In this document: piece after piece, positions 25,500 to 38,810 of the stretch
How positions within the stretch are numbered: position 1 is the first letter of the stretch
Layout of the letters: the number at the start of each line of letters is the position of its first letter
DNA from: Leidyana gryllorum EB-2025a
Taxonomy: Eukaryota > Protista > Apicomplexa
Assembly: GCA_048772705.1 (NCBI GenBank)
Contig: JBLWGC010000140.1
Span: 124,001-188,000, forward strand
Direction of reading: 5' to 3'
Length of the DNA stretch: 64,000 bases
Notes under the pieces: generated by a model
Told to the model about the DNA's origin: nothing
Seen by the model: the letters and a program-made list of their open reading frames with translations, nothing else
The model's database searches: none
Program-made: the position numbers and the translations under genes

Positions 25500-28400
25500 A
25501 TGCTCGGCTTTCGCGTCGCCTATTGGGGTAAGACACTCAACCAACACCAGACCAACTAACAATATCACTTACGCAGACGACCAAGGCCTCTGGTCCAGTG
25601 TGGCACAGTTCCTCCTGCCAAATCTACCCCTACCACCCCTCTCCGTACATTTACCCCATAATCTCATTGTCGCCAGCCGGGCAGCGCCCGTCCCAGGCAG
25701 CACCAACCTCAAAGATGTCACCCTCTCCAAGGTCCCTATCGTTTGTCGACCGGCGAACAGCCCCGAAGTCCTACACAGACAACACCTAGTGCCCCCCTCA
25801 CCGACGGATCCAACCGCCCTCGGCTCACCGGCACATAGTGAGTCCAATCCAATGCACCGCGACACCTTTTCCAGCTGATACCGGGACCGAAAGCTTAGCC
25901 TCTCCCACCGTGGCTAACTCTGCCGCTGGACCCGTCGAAAATCTCCTCTATTGGCTTGAAAGCGGACCAGATATCTGCGCTTCCACCTCGGACAACGGAG
26001 ACTATCCGCTCCTCAATGTCTATCTCTTCACCTGTGACAGCTTCGAAGTATACAAAGCCAACCTCAGATCCAGCATCAAGAAATGGGCCGAAAGAATGGG
26101 TGAAGTCGGAGAAGAAATGCTAATCTTCTTCGTAACCCCTCAGGTACCCCAAACAACTGCCACACATAAACTCACTTCTGACCGAACGGTTAACGTATTC
26201 AGGAAGCCGAGGCCACACGTGAAACCAGCAAAATCAAAGCTCAACGGAAACTCTTCGAGAAGATCAGAGCTGATCTCATCACTTCCATAGAGAGCTCCTT
26301 CGCCACCACAGCCCCGCCCTCCTCCATGAGCGGTGAGTCATAACAAGACATTTCTTGGACACACTCACCGCCAGTCGGACGCTCCAACAGGACGCGCTCG
26401 ATGAAGGAACGCGTCTTCAGGATACCAATCTTCAGTCTGCCTCCCGACAACTTTGAAGCCACAGGCCGCGAAAGCGAATGGCGCGGGTTGCCACGCAAAG
26501 ATCAAAACTTTGTTGACCTCTGGGAGGTAAGCCCTCCATATATATAATTCTCCCCTCACAATCCTATGGCCTCGCAGATGGCGCTAAGGAAGTTTGCGGA
26601 ATGTGTTAGCGCGAGTATCACCGCACGGATCGCTATGGAAATGTCCTTCAAAGAGAGTCAACAAACCGCCGCCCGCCCCGTCAGAGCAAAGTACACCACC
26701 GTATTCGACGCCACAGAGCGCTTAGCGGGGACTTTGTTCCGCTGTGGAATGTATCCAGAGTCTCTCAGTGTCTATGACAGCTTGGATCTGCGGATGGCCG
26801 ACTCCCACACCACCGCCAAAAGGTACCGCACATTGTTCCACAGCTGCGGATTGCCCACTCTGGGGGCCGAACCTATCGTTTTTGACATTGATCGACGGAG
26901 CCTTCGGCGACTGATTCAAACAGACTCCATCAGCTATGTCGAGTTCCGCCAGTATTTATTCGCTCGCCAAGCTCAAGTCCTCTATCGCACTGGAAGAAGT
27001 GAGTGCAAGTGCAGTGTAAACGTCAATGTTGGTTTCTCCACTCTCAATTGGCAGTCGATAAGATCGCGGTCAGAGGAATGAACTTCATGACCAGCTTCAG
27101 CATGGATTTATTGAGCTTCACCCCCACAAGTAGTGGAAATGAAGCCACTCAGCGTTTGAGAGAAGCCGCCGTGCGATGCTTCCTGATGGTTTTGGCACAT
27201 AATCTGATGGTGCGCATCCTAGTATTGGGACGAAGCGCTGGCGGAGGCCATGAAGTGAGTTCCACAACCCATTTTTCCACCACTTGACACTAAAGATGGA
27301 CAGTCAGACGGCCGCCACCGTGAACGAACAATCCCCACCGTTGTTACCTGTGGTTCGTGAAGAAGCGGAGCTGGAAGCGAGCGTGGCTCTTGACAAATCG
27401 AGCTACCACCCCAAACCGAGTGTGCGATTCAATAAGCACAACCCAGACAATTCCAGCTCACGCGCCGCCGAGAGTTCTACTTCCACGTAAGTTCTTATGG
27501 GATTGAATGATGGAAGTGCTTCACACCGCGGTGAACCGTCGAACGTGCCCCCTTAAGATTGTGCGTGTGTCCTGTGTGTGTTCGGAGGAGACACGGGCGG
27601 GACACACTTATATGTTTGGGCCCCCCCGAGGCTTTTGTTCAACTCAGGAATGTTTCCGTCGCCTGCAGATCGTTACGAGAAAGGATAGCATCATCTTCGG
27701 CTTTTGTTTCAAGTCAGTTGTTGCTGATCGAGATCTATCAGTTTTGGTGGCTGATTTGGTGGCGTGAAGAGGAGGGATGGCGGGCGTTAAGTAGTGCGAC
27801 CGTGACTGAGGCGTCAAAGATTATGTGGTCTGAGACAATGGCGCGGCCCATAGACTCTCGGGTGTTGGGTTTTATGCTTCACAGCATGGAATTGGCACTC
27901 CAGGCTGAGAGCACATTGATGGAGCAAGCGATGCGGTTGTTGGGTCACAACAGGTTTTACCGTCAGAAGAGCGTGTTGCTTTCGCTTCACAGTCGATTTA
28001 TGCGGAAGTTGGAGCGGCGGAACTTCAAGTATTCATCGATAGGTTCACTACCGGTTCAGAACGACTGTGACGCATTGAGCGAGTTGCTTGCTCTGGCGCA
28101 CGAGGCAAAGTTGCCGATGTTGGTTATGCGTTTGGCGAGTATCATGAAGCGAGTGAATGTGAATAGCATAGTGGGGTTGAGTCTGATACTGACGTGGTTA
28201 TTATGCCATAAGAATGTGCCCGAGACATATCGGAAGGAAGCATTGGTGAATCTGGAGGCGACCCCCCCTTTCAATGAGATTCCAGGATTTGTGGATATGA
28301 GTCCGGCTGAACTATTGACAGCTGTGATTGAGCAGACTCCAGGAGTGTTGCATTCGAGTTTGATGCAGGCGGTATCTGCGTTTCGTCGTCGCGAGACGAC

Positions 28401-31400
28401 GACGACTGGAAGTTTCGAGATGGATACCCTTCAAGATACGAATAAGATGCTTACGCGGATTCCGGCTGCCCCGAACATCTTTGTTTGGTTTGATGTCATT
28501 GATCAGAAGAGAGAGTCCGTATTGAATTTCACACCGACCGACCGTCGGGGGAGCAGCAGCAGCAGTGCAGCATCACCATTGACATTGACGAGCAGTGCGC
28601 CGAGTTTGTTGATAGCTAACGATGAATGGGAATCCATTCTGATATCGTGCGGAGGTCAATTTGCTTCCGAGCTGCCACAGGCTGCAGCTCCAGTGGTCAC
28701 CAGCAAAGGATCTGAGCGATCTCTGAAAGACTCGGTGGTGTCTTTGAAGAGTCGAAGCAGTGCAGAAGATATGCATTCTGTACTGCGTCGGCGAGAGTCG
28801 TCATCTCCTCGAACGGTGCCAGTGGTTCGGAAGGTTCCATTTGGGGAGCCATTGACAATGAGACTATTGATATTATCAAAGATGCAGTTTGACTTTGATA
28901 TTCATCAAGTTTGGTTACGTTTGGCAGTGAATATGGGGAGCAGCGCTTCTTCTTCGTCGTCTCAGCAGCGTTTTGAGAAACACGGCAGTATGTCGAGTCA
29001 GGTGGGCGGTGGTGGAGACTCTGGGAGTCATCGGTCTGGATCGCGTCACACAGCCATGGAGCCCTGTCTGATTTGGGTACGGCTGAGCGGCAGTAACCCG
29101 CCTTTTTCGGTCGGTGGGGGTTTCACTTTGGCGGCCGACAGTTTCAGCAAGTTGGACTTTACGTACTTTCCCACGATGCCTGGAGCTTCCATCCAGTTGG
29201 TGGAAGTCATGTTGCTCCCGTCGCACAAGACGCCGTTCCATTTGTTGGTCAAAGCGAACGCGTGTCACTTCAGAACGGCCTTGTCGGAACAGTGTCTCCG
29301 GATGTTGAGGGGACGACGGAAGCCCGGTGCTCTGCTGAATGGTGGGAGTGGGAACACCGCTGCCGGTTTGGAGTACACACACGGACGGATGTGTATTCGA
29401 AGTTTGGACGTTCAGAACAATAAGCACGCGTTCGACATTGAGATGAGAGTGATCGAACCGGATGGGAGTACGAGTCGCGAGCCTCGTTTATGGTTCGGAC
29501 GGCTGAATTACGTCAAAGTGTCGATCAAAACTCGTGCCTATGCTCGGCTGCATAACGAGGGGAAGATGGCTATCCAAGCCCGATGGCTGGGGAGTCGTGG
29601 CAACAATGGTCTCCTGAATCATTACAAAGCGAACATTCTTCACGCCCACATCATAGCGGTTGAGATTGATGGGAAAAGTAAAGATTCAGTCGAGACGGCT
29701 TCTGCTGGAGTCTATTCTACTCAACGGTGCATCCCGAACGCTCACGACGGGGGGATCTTTTGGGTCAGTCTTCCCAAATTCGATCGCTCCATCAGCATTA
29801 TTGTCCCCATCGAAGTCTACGCGCCACACGACTATCCTCACCTCCAGGGAGGTGCGGCTGAGGGGAGTGTCTCGAATCTGCCGTCTCACGACCCCGAGGC
29901 TCTGCCAGAACCCTCCCCCAGACTTATGGACCGTCGCGCTTCGGCCACCACTCACCATTATCAACGATATACGAATTTGGGCAGTCTCCGGCCAACAGAG
30001 ACCACCTCGCCCGCGATGCTAACGGGAGCCGGAGACGGCGCCTCAGGGAAGCATTCTGATACCGAGAGGTCCCAACACTCCACCTACTTTGCCAAGTGCC
30101 GCTCAGGAAGTCTCTCTCGCCTCTCCACGTTCCGATTGGGCACCTCGTTGAACAGTAACAATACACCAATGATCGCCCGCCCCAAACCCAAAGAGGCCAC
30201 AGTCTTAGTCCCCCGCCACGTTCGATCGCCATCAGTTCGACCCTCCGTGGAACGAGTCCACCACGACAGTATATACGACGAACTCACCTTCGCCGGAGGC
30301 GATCTCAGTCCCCCGATTATGGAACACGCCATAATGCAAGTCAGCCATCAGGTCCAAGTCACAATACGGTTACGCTGTGGCGCCTATACAATCCCCATCC
30401 CTCCGACCCCGATGGAGACGGGGGCAAAGACCCCAAAGGGTCGACGAGAAATCTCTCTCATCCCCCGTCCAATCTCTCTGCCCACTCCTCAGGTGGATAT
30501 GTGTCAAGACAGTTCCCCCAACTTCCACGCGAGTCCTCGACTCCCTCGCTTGACAGAAATGAGTGGAGACGGCCCTTTCATCGCTGATCAAAGCCATGCT
30601 GAGGTCATGGGGGTGGACGCCCTCTTCGGATGCCACGCTGATCTTTGTGTTAGCGATGTCGACAAACACCTATACTCCACCACTCTCACTCTTTTGGAGA
30701 CGCTTGGAGGCCCGAGAGGCTCGGAGACGCCAAGTGTTGTGGCGGAGACGCCGACTCGCCACAACAATGGTGGTGGGGGCGGTGAGCCCTCTTTCGTACT
30801 GCCGGGATCTAACGAGGCGTTACACAAATCTCCCGTCCCAATACACTCAGCGTTGGAACAATTCGACGTCAAACTGGTCGGAGTCACAGTCGGAGGAGTG
30901 CAATTGGACAATTGCTCAATCACTCTGTCGAGTCCGTGGGGGTCAATCTCGCTCAAGGGATCCGATAGCGGAAAGAACGGTCTGATGGATATTCCATCAA
31001 TCACTCTCCACGCCGGACAGTCCTTCGGTACCATTGTCGAAGTCAAATTCTCTGATATGGCGTGTTTGGCCGGTAAGTCTATTGGAGACGGCGACATAAT
31101 TCCGTGTCTCCTCCTCAGAGCTCGATTTTGGCGCTTGGCAAATCCGCACCAAATCCAAATTAGTTCTGCAATGGGCGTACCAACTGAAAGATAAGGAGCA
31201 TTCCGACGACAATCGGGGCGATCGGAGACTATACAAGCTGATGAATGAGTTTATTCCGGACCGAAGCAATCGAATGACATGGATCTCAAGACACGTCGTG
31301 GAATGCAAGTGGCGCCCGACTCCTCTCATTATCAGCGATCTCAAAGTGCCCAGAATGGCCGAAAGGGGGAGTGTAATCCGTATTGTTCTGACCTGTCGCA

Positions 31401-31930
31401 ATCTGACAAAGGTGAGCGCCAACTTCAGCTTCAAACAGTTGTTGGGATGCAGTTCCGAGGATATCTAAGGTACAACACGCTATTATCCTTCGACACTGAT
31501 GTCGATGACGTGGCGTCGCCTATGGGTGGCAACGATCTGTTCGATGGGACGAGCGATGGAGTGGCCGTTTCGTCGGCGTCCAAGTGCTGGCAGCTGGTGG
31601 GTCGCACACAGAAAGTATCGGCGGTCTAGCCATCTCATTCGATTGGTTTCACAGGTTGGGTTCAAATGTCGAACAGTGGCAGTGGAGGCGTGTGCAGAAG
31701 AGAAAATGGAGATTTGTTTGATTCCTGTGACCGCTGGGCTGTTGCAGCTGCCCACCATCAAGTTGAACGGGTTCCTGGAGGATCCCACCATAGGGGTGCG
31801 AGTGGCAGCAACCGTCAGTGGTTTCGAGCGACCGCTCGTCCATCAGCCCATTTTAGTGACCTCCAGTGGGCCTCAGAGGCTCCCAATCAGTCTGATTCAA
31901 CCAATGGTCGCGACAGCAACGACGGAGTGA
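25500..31930 (+). CDS. TRAPPC10: TRAPP II subunit TRAPPC10/Trs130-like, multi-exon
   Basis: PLLNVYLFTCDSFEVYKANLRSSIKKW, LFEKIRADL, ERLAGTLFRCGMYPESLSVYDSL, SISYVEFRQYLFARQ, and C-terminal WQLVGR / LIPVTAGLLQLPTIKL. Confidence 0.82.
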
Positions 31931-32023
31931 ACCTCAAACATTACACACACACAAATAGAGGCCACACACACACACAAATAGAGGCATCTGGGTTTGGAGG
32001 CAAAACAAAAGCAGAGAGTGTGA

Positions 32024-33514
32024 CTATTGCTTAGTGTGTCTTCTCTCGGGTACAACAGCGGCGAGGAAAGGTCTGCCGGGATGGCAGACTGAAGAGCGAT
32101 ATTGCGGACGTCGTGGGGACATCGGGGGGGACTTTTTGGACTTTGACGCGTACCCCTTCAACTTGGCGGTTGCTTTCGCGTAGATCCGTCGGCGACGTTC
32201 GTACCGTTTGGTGCAAATATACATACAGAGCGCTGTGCATATAGCCGCGATGACACATCCACACAGAAGGCAGAGTCCAAAGACTATAGGCGGCTGAGAT
32301 TGGTCGTAATAGGCATAGGAAGAGGGCGATCCGACCCACGTGGAGGTGAACCACCGACCACTCAGACGAGTGTGTCCGGGGAGAGCAGTGAGACGCCAAT
32401 GGGGTGTCAACAAGGCTTTCGGGGGGGGTTCGTTCTCATCTATACCTTTCCACAAGACGTGGTAACGCTGCAATGCTCGTGTGATGAACATCTGACGGGT
32501 TCTGGCCGAGGCGGTAGTCCAGGTACCGGCAGCGGGGGGGAGGGAAATTGCGAGATTGGCGATAAGGGCATTGATCATTTCAAATTTGAACACCGCCTTG
32601 TTGACGGCGGTGATATAACTCATTTGATGAACGTATTGATCAGCTGTCATTGTGGTGGTGGGAGAAAAAGTTGAGCCCCACTTGCGAGAAGACGACGGGC
32701 GGCGAATAGAACTGCCGGCGATTGAAAGTCGAGCGATGAAAGGGAAAGGTACAGCCGTCACAACTTCAGATTGCATTGAATTGAGGTCGAAGTCCAGAAC
32801 ACAACTTGCCCCCCCCGACGGACATCCATAGCTCTCATTAGTCGCTCGATGCCGCCGGAGGAAAGCCTCAGCTCCAAACTTATTCCAGGCGACCACAGCA
32901 CTGCCGGCTAATCCCTTAGTGGTCTCAAACAGTGACAACCCGTAGTGATCCGACGCCGGGGTGAGCCATTTGTCACTGTAGAATGGTGGATACTGATTGG
33001 GCAGAACGATCCTCTGCAGACAAATGCCCCGGGGATCGGGCGGAAAGGCCAACGAGATTTGTAGCGCCCGATCGAATCCGTACATTGAGGTGTCCAACCC
33101 CAACAACACCGGATTCGCGTCGTCCTCCATGACGTAATACATCTTGTCGTCAGTATTGTTCATCAAATAGTCCAAAGCCAATGCGTGACTGATAGTCAAC
33201 GCCGCCTCCCCCACTCGGACTCCGTGAAGATTAGCATAACGCCGAGCGAAATCAGCACTCGTCTCCCCGAACTCTCTCTCTAAACTCCGAGGACCTCTGT
33301 ACGCAAAGTCCCTCGGCGAGACCGCCGGAATCCGGAATACTTTGTTGTGACATCGCTCAAACTGCCGCTCAAAGTTAACTCGACGCTCCACAGCCTCATC
33401 CAGATTAATGTATGCAATGGGCAAAACTGAACAGAACGTCACCGCGTCATCTCTACGCGGCCGCACACCGAGATTTATACTGTCCTCCGTTGAGTCAAAC
33501 TGAAAGGAAAGCAT
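32024..33514 (-). CDS. Glycosyltransferase family 25 protein with C-terminal TM helix
   Basis: YINLDEAVERR, RIPAV, GEAALTISH, VMEDDA; TM segment IVFGLCLLCGCVIAAICTALCMYI. Start uncertain. Confidence 0.8.
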   Translation of the reverse strand: MLSFQFDSTEDSINLGVRPRRDDAVTFCSVLPIAYINLDEAVERRVNFERQFERCHNKVFRIPAVSPRDFAYRGPRSLEREFGETSADFARRYANLHGVRVGEAALTISHALALDYLMNNTDDKMYYVMEDDANPVLLGLDTSMYGFDRALQISLAFPPDPRGICLQRIVLPNQYPPFYSDKWLTPASDHYGLSLFETTKGLAGSAVVAWNKFGAEAFLRRHRATNESYGCPSGGASCVLDFDLNSMQSEVVTAVPFPFIARLSIAGSSIRRPSSSRKWGSTFSPTTTMTADQYVHQMSYITAVNKAVFKFEMINALIANLAISLPPAAGTWTTASARTRQMFITRALQRYHVLWKGIDENEPPPKALLTPHWRLTALPGHTRLSGRWFTSTWVGSPSSYAYYDQSQPPIVFGLCLLCGCVIAAICTALCMYICTKRYERRRRIYAKATAKLKGYASKSKKSPPMSPRRPQYRSSVCHPGRPFLAAVVPERRHTKQ

Positions 33515-33531
33515 TTTCTACTCTATTTAGT

Positions 33532-35173
33532 ATGACCACCACCCACTATGTTGGACTCTTTGGACTCGGCTGTGTAGCACGCGGGCTCATCGCCATCTTT
33601 AGGTACTTGCCCGCCCCTCTGTGTCCTGTTTTCATCGCTCTCTGTACTGTGTGTGTGCTGTAATTGCTGCTCTCTCCTCGCCTGCCGCCTGCCGCCTACC
33701 TGCCCTCGTGCCGGAGGCCAAATGTCGTCGGGTTATCTCGTCACGAACATCAATAACTTCACCGAACAGGGGGCGCAAGGATTCGAACGTCCACTGGATT
33801 TGTTATGTTCGCGAGAACGGTAAACCGAGACTCACGGAGGAGGACCGAGAAGCGGGTGACATCACCCTCGTGGACTCACCCCAAGCTGTCCTCAAAGACT
33901 CTCGGATCAGAGCCGTCGTCGAAGTCATGGGAGGCGCAGATGGATTGGCCTGGGAAGTGCTGAGTGACTGTCTCGAATGTGGCACACCTATTGTCACCGC
34001 CAACAAAGCTATGCTGGCCAAACATATCCGCGAAATTGATGAGGCACTCCTCAAAGTCACTCCGGCTGGCGTTTGGCCAGTGCTCAGATGCGAAGCCTCG
34101 GTCTGCGGGGGCATACCAGTCCTCCGGACCCTGCTGCACTATCACGATGCTGTGGGAGACAAGATCAACAGCCTAATTGGAATCGTGAATGGATCCACTA
34201 ATTATCTGCTGTCTGCCATGGAGGCAGACCCTCAAGCGACCATGAAAGATGTTGTTGCTGATATGCAGACCAAAGGCATCCTCGAAGCCGACTATTCACT
34301 CGATCTAGATGGAATCGATGCGCGACACAAAGTATGCATTTTGGCCAGAGTCGCCATGGGTGTGGCTGTTGACGAGTCTGACTGCCTCACCATTGGCCTG
34401 CCACAGCTCATTAGAGAGGATTTTGCTTTTGGTGAGCGAATGGCGGATAGTATTCGGTGCCAATCATGATGGAAATGCAGCCAGTGGCCAGGGTTGCGCA
34501 CTCAAACTTATCGGCAGCTTGACCAGAACAGGCAACCAAGTTCGATTATCAGTTATGCCAACCTTCGTGCCCCTGACGGAGCCCGTTGCCCAAGTGAAAG
34601 GCCCCGGCAATATAGTGGAGATCAAGAGTGATTATTTGGGTGAGTTCGCTCGCTACTTCTGCTGGTGTCTCCACACAGCACACGTGTGTGTGATTGGTGT
34701 TTCGTCCGTGGAGTGGTGGCAAGCCTGTGATGATCGTGTGATCTTTTGCAGGTACTTTGGTGCTTAGCGGAGCTGGGGCTGGGTGCATGCCTACCGGCAT
34801 GGCCGTCGCAACTGATCTGATGGGGATTTTGGAGTCTGTGGAGGGCGGCATATACCAGTATCCCTCACCCTTCCCGTTGAAGCGCGAGGAAACAATCGAG
34901 GTCGTGAATGTCGGGGCAGAGCGGCGGAATTGGATTGTGCGTTTGAACGGCAGTATGGGAGAGAACATTGAAGACGGATGGCAGATCGTGGGAAGTGTTG
35001 GCGAGAACGAAGTTTATGTCAAAGTGAACGGAACACACACTGAGGTATGTTATCCTTTATCTGTTCGCACAGTTCTACTACGTATATATGCCCAGCTTTC
35101 GGAGCGGTTGAAGGGTGGTGTGGTATTCGGAGTGTGGGGAGGGGAAGCGACGACGATCAAAGAAGGGGTCTAG
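33532..35173 (+). CDS. Homoserine dehydrogenase
   Basis: VGLFGLGCVA, VVEVMGG, IVTANKA, EASVCGGIPVL, GIVNGSTNYLL, GILEADYSLDLDGIDARHKVCILA, GAGAGCMPTGMAVATDL. Confidence 0.92.
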
Positions 35174-36426
35174 ATGGATTTTATGGCAGCCTCGGCGTGC
35201 GAGAGGAAGAGAGTCAACTTGTCAATGCACTCCTTCTCCGAATTGAGTGTACTACGGAAATGGTTGATCTTTTCATCTTCAGTTTCCTTGATTTCGACCC
35301 GGTGGATTTTCTCCCTCGCCGCCTCGAGCTGACGCTCCAAATAGTTGGCTTTAAATTGAAATTCTTGAATGAGTAACGCGTGCTCCACCGGCGGCACAGC
35401 GACCAATCCACTCTCCAGCCGAACAAAGTCATTTGTTAATGTCTCTGTTATCTTGGCCAAGCGGGTAACAGAGGGTCCTACATAGTCCAACAAGTCGTCG
35501 GCTTGCTCGAGCTGCTCGGACATCAGATTAGCATCACTACCCTTCCAGTTAGTATTGGTGAAGGCACCATCTGACACTTTACTGACATCAGCGAAGGCCG
35601 CCTTGATTTTAGTCATGAGTGACTCATTGTCTGCGAACCAACTGTATAACTCTTGCAGAGTTGTAGCTACTTGGGGATGAAGAGCAGCGAAGTCATGTAC
35701 AGACGGTCGAACAGTAAGCGTCACCGGAGCCGAACACATTGTTGCTCCCAACACTTGACCAGGTGCCGGATCAACGATTACTCCGTTAGCTCGGGCCATC
35801 TTTTCCAACTCGATCGGACTGAGCTGAGGAACTGCTGGCTGTTGCCCCATCTGTTGACCGCCTTGAGACGCCTGCATTTGATTGCCAAAGCCTGGAGTTT
35901 GCCCTCCAAGGCTTCCAAGGCCGCTTCCGAGACCACCGCCAAGACCGCCGCCGAACATTCCGGTCGTATTCTGTGGTTGCGAGGGCATCAAGGTGTTATT
36001 ACTCCCCGTTGAAGGACCGAAGAGGCCACCGAAAGCGGTAGGGGCTTGCTGCTGCTGTGGTTGCTGTTGTTGTGGCATGCCAAAGCTTGACATTGGTTGC
36101 TGTTGTTGTTGTTGCTGTTGGTTTCCGCTTGTGCTTCCGAATCCAAAAGTCGAGGTTGTACCGCCCAAACCTCCGGTGTTCAATGTCGAGCCGAACCCGA
36201 AGGCTGAGGGCGCTTGATTCGTCATACTCCCGCCCCCCAATAATCCTCCGCCGCCGCCTGAAGCATTTGTGGCTTGACTTCCCAGTCCACCGAATGCGGA
36301 GCCAAATGCAGACTGCTGTTGCTGCGGTTGTTGTCTGAAAGTAGATATCCTCTGCAGAGCCTTTGCGTGCACTTACGTAGCCCCGAACAAGCTGTTGGTT
36401 CCTCCTGTGGTTTGATTTCCGAACAT
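35170..36426 (-). CDS. FG-repeat nucleoporin with C-terminal coiled coil
   Basis: MFGNQTTGGTNSLFG exon, then SAFG/GLFG/GMFG repeats and a helical C-terminus. Confidence 0.8.
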
Positions 36427-36457
36427 TGGTGGGCTGAAAAATCGAGCTAAGCTGGAC

Positions 36458-36838
36458 TCAGAATAGGGGTATTTTCTTTTCCGTGACCTTCACGAAGACT
36501 ATACCACGATGCTTCCGCATGTGCCCTGCCCAACCCCCTTGACGGCGAACCTTCGTTCCACACACAGGACATGTTATAGTGGTGTCTAGACTCGGCACAT
36601 CCACTCCTTTCTTGTAATGAACCTTCCGATGGCGCTGCAGTAGCCAACAGTCACGAAATACCCGCGAGCATTCCGGACAGGAGAGAGAAAAGTCCACCTT
36701 CACGGTGCTCGAAGATTCCGTACGCGATCCCATGTGCCGCTCGCTTTCTTGGAACACACAGACACACACAGACACGTATTTGTTGACCAGCAAGACACAG
36801 TTGTGTTGTTCACACTTGTTGATGTGCTCAAAGCCCAT
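36458..36838 (-). CDS. C2H2 zinc-finger protein (two fingers); 5' end uncertain
   Basis: CPECSRVFRDCWLLQRHRKVH and CPVCGTKVRRQGGWAGHMRKH. Confidence 0.75.
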   Translation of the reverse strand: MGFEHINKCEQHNCVLLVNKYVSVCVCVFQESERHMGSRTESSSTVKVDFSLSCPECSRVFRDCWLLQRHRKVHYKKGVDVPSLDTTITCPVCGTKVRRQGGWAGHMRKHRGIVFVKVTEKKIPLF

Positions 36839-37093
36839 TTACGTTCGGTTCAAGTGTTAACTGGGTATAGCCGGCTGTGACAGCTGCAACAAGATGACCT
36901 TATTGTACCCGTCCGTTTGGCATCCAACAGGTCGAAAATGACTTGGAAGTGCGGTTCTGTACGAAAATGGGTAGAAATGCAGCCACGGAACTCGCGCTGG
37001 TGTGCCGTATGCTCGCAACAGCGAATATGCAAAATACTCTCGGAATTAGTCCACGTGGAGGCGTTCAAGAGGTAATATGGCCTTTTAAAGCAC

Positions 37094-37699
37094 ATGGGTG
37101 ATGGATTGGGTGAATGTCGTCACCTCGTGTGGACGAAGACGACCGCACACACGTGTGCTAGTATGAACATTTGCTTTATCTTTCTGACTACTGTAGCGGT
37201 CACCTCCACTTTTGACCCCTTGACCACCGATCCGGCCTTAGCCGAAGTGGACAGATTGTTAGACAGGCTCAGCCTGTCATGGGTCGAAGGCACCGATGAA
37301 AGGGTTTACGAAATGACTCAACCGGAAGAAGAGAAGTGCGGACTGCTGACGAAAGAATCCGACAATCATGATCGTACTGTTGTCATCCCGGAGCGTTTTC
37401 TGGGGAATAGTCGTGCCTGTGAATTAGTTAGCGGCATGGTGAAGGTATTCGAAGTCTTGATGGAATCTTCGAGTCGGAGCGATCAGGGTTTAATAGTGTC
37501 ACGGCTGCACAAGCTCGATCGGCTGGTGGACGCTGGTCGGCGGCTTGGGTTCCCCAACGAGGATTTGAGAGCTCTCGACAGCTGGCGAAAGGATCTCAAG
37601 ATTGACTTTTGCACATCAGTGTGTCGCGAGTGTCTTCCCTGTTGGAAGGAGATCTCGGACTTTGCGTCCATCACAGAGAGGGAGATAGTGAGTCTGTGA
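37094..37699 (+). CDS. Hypothetical protein
   Basis: 201-codon ORF with a probable in-frame 87-nt intron at 37110-37196. Confidence 0.55.
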   Translation: MGDGLGECRHLVWTKTTAHTCASMNICFIFLTTVAVTSTFDPLTTDPALAEVDRLLDRLSLSWVEGTDERVYEMTQPEEEKCGLLTKESDNHDRTVVIPERFLGNSRACELVSGMVKVFEVLMESSSRSDQGLIVSRLHKLDRLVDAGRRLGFPNEDLRALDSWRKDLKIDFCTSVCRECLPCWKEISDFASITEREIVSL

Positions 37700-37834
37700 G
37701 ATAGCCCCCGATGGAGACAGCGGGTGAGAGAAAGGTAGCCAAGTGGCTGCGCGATCAGCTCAATTTCATTCGACTTGGCAGGTGGCCGAATCATTCCATC
37801 ATTTGGTCGGTCAGTCAATAAATTACAGTCAGTG

Positions 37835-38796
37835 TCAAGTACATGCTTCAATGAACGGTCGGAGCTCATCAATGATGGCGACGATGGATTTTACGGATCT
37901 GTGAAAGCGTGAATTAACGTGAATGAATGACTGATATCAACTCACTTGCCGCCAACAAAGTTGATCTTGCCGTTCGCAAATATGGAAGCAGTGATTTGCT
38001 CCACTTTCTTCTTCTTTTTCTCCTGTGTCAGTCTGGCAGCTGCACGCCTTTGGCTATTGGTGGACCTTCCCACCGCGCTGGAGGCTGCTCCAGCGTTGGT
38101 GGCAGCAGCAGCCGGGGCACCATCAGGTCCATCCAGATCGTCACCAGCGGTCGGCACTGGCATACAGACACGGAGTGCCGGGAACTTTTCGGGTTCATAA
38201 TCCTTGTTTCCAGGCGCCAGGGAGTATAGTTTATGGAGGTCAATGTCACATCGAAGATCGACGACGCCTAGAAGGTTATGTACCTCGAAGTTGACAAACT
38301 CCACTCGGACTTTCAGTTTGTCACGCAACCGTTTGGCCACTTTTTTCATACAAATTCCGGCCTCACGGGGCATGCAGCCGCCCGCACTCTGAATTCGACC
38401 ACCCTCGAATATACTTATGGTATACAACGACTTGGTCAACGGACCTCGCACCTCCACCCTATTGACGACGACCATCACCTGTGTGCGGACGACGACGCCT
38501 ACTGCTCACCTGACGGCCGGAAAGCCTTCTGGAGTGAAGGAGGCGTTTACGAATAGAGGAATGATCTCGTCAAGTTCGACTTTTCTGTCCATTTCCAGAG
38601 TAGCCAGCGCCAAGACATTATGAATACGCAGTTCTTGCTGTCCAGACAGATTCTCATGGCGTACATTCCGCTTTGTATCCGGAGGTGGACGTTGGCCATT
38701 CATGTACGGGGGGAACCCGTGTTGTTGCATCTCTGCCATTGCTTCCTGCTGCAAGTAGTCATAGTCCTCTGCGAAGGCTGGAGGGGGAGCGCTCAT
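37835..38796 (-). CDS. TBP: TATA-binding protein / TBP-like factor
   Basis: Two TBP repeats: IHNVLALA..FTPEGFPAV..SIFEGGRI and VHNLLG..YEPEKFPAL..SIFANGKINFVGGK. There is a ~45-aa A/K-rich insertion in repeat 2. Confidence 0.9.
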
Positions 38797-38810
38797 GTCC
38801 CCGTGGTGCT

